From assembly GCA_017620115.1 (NCBI GenBank), contig JAFZRB010000053.1, positions 1-40,739 on the forward strand: DNA of 40,739 bases, in the 5' to 3' direction. A program made the translations under genes and the position numbers. The notes beneath the pieces were generated by a model. That model was not told the DNA's origin, searched no databases, and worked only from the letters and a program-made list of their open reading frames with translations. The first letter of the stretch is position 1; every line of letters starts with the position of its first letter. Below, one piece after another: positions 36,518 through 40,739 of the stretch. The DNA is from Clostridia bacterium. Its GTDB lineage: Bacteria; Bacillota; Clostridia; Christensenellales; Aristaeellaceae.

Positions 36518-37281
36518 GTCGCCGCACCTCCCAGGCGAAGGTAGCACCACATGGCGACGCCCGCGCCGCCGGCCAGCACCACGGCGCGCATCACCGCGTC
36601 GGTTATGCGCGCGCCGCCGGACACCATGTCGCCGCGCATGGAATCGCGGATGCCGTTGGTAAACGCCAGGCCAGGCAGCTGCGGCATCATGATCGACCAG
36701 ACGATCAGGCTTACGTTGCCCCGGCCGCAGACAGAGGCCGCGACGAGCGCCAGCGCCGCCGCGAGAAATCCGCCCAGAAGGCAGCCCAGCGGCACGCCGC
36801 CCTGATCGGGCACGAAGATCAGCAGCGCCTGTATCGCCGCGCTGACCAGCCCGGCCACGAGAAACTCAAACCATCCGCCCCCGAACATCACGGCGAACAT
36901 GGCCGCCGAGCCGCCGGCCGCCAGCACGCTGCCCCAGCCGCCGGGCGTCTTTGCGTCGCGAATCTTCTCCAGCCGCTTTGCGCCTTCGTCCAGATCGATG
37001 CTGTGCGCGGTCAGCGCGCGTGAGACCGCGTTTACCGCCTCCAGCTTGCTGAGATCCACCGTCCGGCGGCTGATCCTGGCGATGGAAGACGCGCTCTCTC
37101 CCCCTTTGGCCACCGTCATGGTGAGCCCGGTGGGCAGCGCTATGATATCCATATTGCAGCCGAACGCCTGGCCGATGCGCCCGGCCGTCTCCTCGGCGCG
37201 GTAGGTTTCGCCACCGTTTTCGAGAATCAGGCTGGCGGCCAGCTGCGCCGCAAAAATCACCCGCTGTATGTCTGTCGTCAT
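36505..37281 (-). CDS. Threonine/serine exporter family protein, large subunit (ThrE/DUF1212)
   Basis: LILENGGETYRAEET motif, typical of DUF1212 ThrE-family proteins. Confidence 0.85.
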   Translation of the reverse strand: MTTDIQRVIFAAQLAASLILENGGETYRAEETAGRIGQAFGCNMDIIALPTGLTMTVAKGGESASSIARISRRTVDLSKLEAVNAVSRALTAHSIDLDEGAKRLEKIRDAKTPGGWGSVLAAGGSAAMFAVMFGGGWFEFLVAGLVSAAIQALLIFVPDQGGVPLGCLLGGFLAAALALVAASVCGRGNVSLIVWSIMMPQLPGLAFTNGIRDSMRGDMVSGGARITDAVMRAVVLAGGAGVAMWCYLRLGGAATWLM

Positions 37282-37461
37282 CCGCTCATCCCCCTGCTGA
37301 TATTATAGCGTTCTTTTTCATTCCGTCAAGTTCCGTCCGGAAAAAAGGAAGCGGCGCGGCACCGGCCGAGGGATAAAAAAGCGCTTCCCTTTTTAACCGG
37401 AGTGCGCTATACTGATGATGAAGGTTTCCGCCGGATTATTCCATCAGTCGAGGTTGTTCCC

Positions 37462-38790
37462 ATGCAGGATATGTTCTCAGAAAACGCGCGGTCACAGGCC
37501 CCGCTGGCCGACCGGATGCGCCCCAGGACGCTGTCCGAATTCATCGGGCAGAGGCACATCGTGGGCGAAGGCCGGCTGCTGCGCCGCGCCATAGAGGCCG
37601 ACCGCCTCACCAGCTCTATCTTCTTCGGCCCGCCGGGCACAGGCAAGACCACGCTGGCCTCCATCATCGCCGAAACCACGTCGGCCGCCTTCATCCGCAT
37701 GAACGCCGTCACCAGCGGCGTGGGCGAGGTGCGAGAGGCCCTGAAGGAAGCCGAGAGCCGGCTGCGGCTGTACGGCAAGGCCACTTATCTGCTGCTTGAC
37801 GAGTGCCACCGCTGGTCGAAATCGCAGTCCGATTCCATCCTGCCCGCCATCGAGCAGGGCATCGTGCGCTTCATCGGCTCGACCACCGAAAACCCGATGG
37901 TGGCCATGACGCCGGCCATCGTGAGCCGCTGCCGGCTGTTCCAGTTCGAGGCGCTTTCACAGGCCGATGTGGAGACCGCCGTGCTGCGCGCCATCAAGGA
38001 CGAGGAGCGCGGCTACGGCAAGCAGCGCGTAACCATCGACGACGACGCGCTGCATCATATCGCGCAGGTGGCGGGCGGCGACGTGCGCAGCGCCCTCAAC
38101 GCGCTGGAGCTGGCCGTGCTCACCACGCCGGTGGACGCGGACGGCGGCATTCACATCACCCGCGAGATTGCCGAGGAGTCCATCCAGAAGCGCGTGCTGC
38201 GCTGCGACGAGTCCATGTATTACGACATGCTCAGCGCCTTCTGCAAATCGCTGCGCGGCTCCGACAGCGACGCCGCGCTGGCTTGGTTCGCGCGCATGAA
38301 CTACGCCGGGGTGGATCCGCGCATCATCGTCAGGCGCGTGATCGCCCACGCCAGCGAGGACGTAGGCCTCGCGAACCCCACCGCCATGCTGCAGGCCGTC
38401 GCCGCGGCGCAGGCGCTGGAGTTCAACGGCATGCCGGAAGCCCGGCTGTCCATCGCGCAGGCCATCATCGCCGTGTGCGAGAGTCCGAAATCGAACAGCG
38501 TCGTCATGGCCATCGACCGCGCCGCGGCGGACGCCGAGAAGGGCGGCTTCCAGCCCGTGCCCGTCCATCTCAGGGATACCTCCTACGCCGGCTATGAGAA
38601 GATCGGCTCGGGCGTGGGCTATAAATACCCCCACGATTATCCCGGCCACTGGGTGAAGCAGCAGTACGCGCCGCTGGAGGCGCGCGGCATGCCCTACTAC
38701 GTGCCCAGCGATCAGGGCCAGGAAGAAAAGCTGCGCGAGCGGCGCAGGGCGCGGGGCATTGACGACGCAAACCCGACAAAGGAGACTTGA
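37462..38790 (+). CDS. rarA: Replication-associated recombination protein A (AAA+ ATPase)
   Basis: PLADRMRPRTLSEFIGQ, Walker A GPPGTGKTT, LLDECHRWSK, and the MgsA C-terminal domain YYDMLSAFCKSLRGSD...YKYPHDY. Confidence 0.95.
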   Translation: MQDMFSENARSQAPLADRMRPRTLSEFIGQRHIVGEGRLLRRAIEADRLTSSIFFGPPGTGKTTLASIIAETTSAAFIRMNAVTSGVGEVREALKEAESRLRLYGKATYLLLDECHRWSKSQSDSILPAIEQGIVRFIGSTTENPMVAMTPAIVSRCRLFQFEALSQADVETAVLRAIKDEERGYGKQRVTIDDDALHHIAQVAGGDVRSALNALELAVLTTPVDADGGIHITREIAEESIQKRVLRCDESMYYDMLSAFCKSLRGSDSDAALAWFARMNYAGVDPRIIVRRVIAHASEDVGLANPTAMLQAVAAAQALEFNGMPEARLSIAQAIIAVCESPKSNSVVMAIDRAAADAEKGGFQPVPVHLRDTSYAGYEKIGSGVGYKYPHDYPGHWVKQQYAPLEARGMPYYVPSDQGQEEKLRERRRARGIDDANPTKET

Positions 38791-38792
38791 TC

Positions 38793-39611
38793 GTGGATAA
38801 GCCGAAAAAACAGCGCGCCGACGTGGCGCTGGTGGAGCGCGGCCTGGCGGAGAGTCGCGAGAAGGCGCAGGCGCTCATCATGGCGGGGCTGGTGTATATC
38901 GCCGAGGAGAAGGTGCTGAAGCCCTCCGAAGCCGTGAAGGCCGAAGACGACCTCACCGTGCGCGGCGCGGCGCACCCGTATGTGTCGCGCGGCGGCCTCA
39001 AGCTGGAGAAAGCGCTGCGGGTGTTCAACTATGACCCGGCGGGCGTCGTCGCCATGGATCTGGGCGCGTCCACCGGCGGCTTTACCGACGTGCTGCTCCG
39101 GAACGGCGCGGCGCATGTGTACGCCGTCGACGTGGGATTCGGCCAGCTCGACTGGCGCATCAGGGGCGACGCGCGCGTGACCGTGATGGAACGCACCAAC
39201 GCCCGCTCGATCACGGCGGACATGTTCGATCCCGTTCCCACGCTGGGCGTGATGGACGTGTCGTTCATCTCGATCAGGCTGATCCTTCCCGCGGCGTTTG
39301 AGATCCTCGGATCAAGCGGCCGGTTCATCTCGCTCATCAAGCCGCAGTTCGAGGCCGGGCGGGAGCGCGTGGGCAAAAAGGGCGTGGTGAGCGACCCGGA
39401 AACGCATGCGGACGTGGTCGAGTCCATCGTGCGCTTTGTGCCTTCTCTGGGCTGGAAAACCCGTGCCGTCGACTTCTCGCCCATCACCGGGCCGGAGGGC
39501 AACATCGAGTTCCTGGCCGATTTTCTGCCCGCGGAAAAGGTCGAAGGCGAGATCACGCGCGGAGATATCGAGGCCATGGTGAAAGCCGCGCACGAGGCGC
39601 ACAGGAAGTGA
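38793..39611 (+). CDS. tlyA: TlyA-family rRNA 2'-O-methyltransferase (hemolysin A family)
   Basis: S4-like RADVALVERGLAESREKAQALIMAG followed by the FtsJ-like DLGASTGGFTDVLL. GTG at 38793 lies 7 nt after AAGGAGA; the track's TTG at 38787 is too close to the RBS. Confidence 0.9.
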   Translation: MDKPKKQRADVALVERGLAESREKAQALIMAGLVYIAEEKVLKPSEAVKAEDDLTVRGAAHPYVSRGGLKLEKALRVFNYDPAGVVAMDLGASTGGFTDVLLRNGAAHVYAVDVGFGQLDWRIRGDARVTVMERTNARSITADMFDPVPTLGVMDVSFISIRLILPAAFEILGSSGRFISLIKPQFEAGRERVGKKGVVSDPETHADVVESIVRFVPSLGWKTRAVDFSPITGPEGNIEFLADFLPAEKVEGEITRGDIEAMVKAAHEAHRK

Positions 39612-39624
39612 GGGGGGAGATTCC

Positions 39625-40739
39625 ATGGCTGTCACGCTGGGAAAGCGGACGGCGGAAAACGTCGCCGTGTCTTTTGAGAAAACGCAGGCCGAACAGATCC
39701 GGCTTTTCCTGCCGCAGGAGGCAAAATCGCTCGACGAGGCGCTGGCGAAATACCGCGCGTCGCTGCTGCCCGGCGCGACCAGCTTCGGTCGCACGATTCT
39801 GAGCGACGGACGCCATGTGGGCGACGTTTGGTGCTACGGCATCGACGAGAGCGGCAATCCGCAGGCCATGGTGAGCTACTGCGTGTTTGACGCGGACTGC
39901 TGGAATCAGGGCATCGCCACGGAGGCGCTGCGTCTGTTCCTCGACGAGATTCGGGAGCGCTTCGATCTCCATGCGTTCGGCGCGTTTACCTGCGCGGACA
40001 ACACGGCCTCGCGCCGCGTGCTCGAGAAAAACGGCTTTACGATGATAAAACGCTTTGTGGAGGACGGGACGGAGTCCTGTTATTATGAGCGCGATTTCAG
40101 GCGGGAAAACGACAGGCTCGAGGAGATGAGCGCATTCTTCACCGCCCGCCTGGACGGCTATGACGAGCACATGCTGAAGGATGTGGGCGGCTGCCGCGAA
40201 TGCTATGAGGAAATGGCGCGCCTTGTTCCGGAAAGCGCGGAAGCCCTGCTCGATCTGGGCTGCGGTACGGGGCTGGAGCTAGATTTCATCTTTCCCCGCT
40301 TCCCCGCTCTCCGCGTGACGGGCGTAGACCTGACGCAGGCCATGCTGGACGAGCTGCGCCGCAAACACCCGGACAAGGCGCTGGATCTCGTCTGCGGCAG
40401 CTATTTCGACGTGGACTTCGGAAAAACCGCATTCGACGCGGCGATTTCCTTCCAGACCATGCACCATTTTGCGGCGGAGATGAAGCGCAGCCTGTACGAG
40501 CGCGTAAAGAAGGCGCTGAAACCGGGCGGCGTTTACATCGAATGCGACTATATGATCGAGGACGACGCCGAGGAGGCGCTCTATTTCGCGGAGCTTGACA
40601 GGATGCGCCGCGAGCAGGGGCTTTCGCCGGACAAGTTCGTGCACTACGACACGCCCCTCACCATCGCGCACCAGACAGCGGTGTTGAAAGAGGCTGGATT
40701 TGCGTCCGTCGAAAAGAAGCTGCGCGTGGAAAACACGAC
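39625..40739 (+). CDS. GNAT N-acetyltransferase fused to a class I SAM-dependent methyltransferase (3' end beyond the window)
   Basis: Absent from the ORF track because there is no stop codon in the window. I translated 371 codons by hand with no stop. The N-terminal half has GNAT-like motifs (WNQGIATEALRLFLDEI...NTASRRVLEKNGF). The C-terminal half has methyltransferase motif I LLDLGCGTGLE and the post-I motif VTGVDLTQAML. Confidence 0.75.
   Translation, partial: MAVTLGKRTAENVAVSFEKTQAEQIRLFLPQEAKSLDEALAKYRASLLPGATSFGRTILSDGRHVGDVWCYGIDESGNPQAMVSYCVFDADCWNQGIATEALRLFLDEIRERFDLHAFGAFTCADNTASRRVLEKNGFTMIKRFVEDGTESCYYERDFRRENDRLEEMSAFFTARLDGYDEHMLKDVGGCRECYEEMARLVPESAEALLDLGCGTGLELDFIFPRFPALRVTGVDLTQAMLDELRRKHPDKALDLVCGSYFDVDFGKTAFDAAISFQTMHHFAAEMKRSLYERVKKALKPGGVYIECDYMIEDDAEEALYFAELDRMRREQGLSPDKFVHYDTPLTIAHQTAVLKEAGFASVEKKLRVENT

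Overview
GC-rich, Clostridia-type chromosomal window from an endospore former. It carries sporulation and germination genes, a T-box leader, a CtsR operator and Cheo-type LexA boxes. About 40 genes are packed tightly. In order they are: the class III heat-shock operon ctsR-mcsA-mcsB-clpC (clpC runs off the left edge); a PhoPR-like two-component system co-operonic with an Fe-S aldo/keto reductase and a NagB-like deaminase; nrdR; ylmC/ymxH; a truncated sigG; a large serine recombinase; T-box-controlled aspS; a GH27 alpha-galactosidase sugar cluster; a MATE pump; pdxK; an aminotransferase with an Lrp regulator; a MazG plus phosphodiesterase pair; an amino-acid ABC transporter; a PHP protein and glpK; a polysaccharide deacetylase; spoIIR-sleB-ypeB; a LexA-box-preceded radical-SAM/DUF4130 putative DNA repair operon; a DUF368 transporter; a Gfo/Idh/MocA oxidoreductase; a ThrE pair; rarA; tlyA; and a GNAT-methyltransferase fusion that runs off the right edge and is missing from the ORF track. 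The main finding is that only the 3' two-thirds of the forespore sigma factor gene sigG is present (7727-8221). The homology stops abruptly 22 bp from the stop codon of a co-oriented 452-aa large serine recombinase. This is the skin/sigK-type architecture, but in a forespore (germline) gene. No 5' half of sigG and no phage-like cargo lie in the 32 kb to the right. That raises the possibility of a developmentally controlled inversion, an unusually large element, or a decayed locus. Many long ORFs in the track are antisense artefacts of the high GC content, and several track starts are over-extended because they use alternative start codons.
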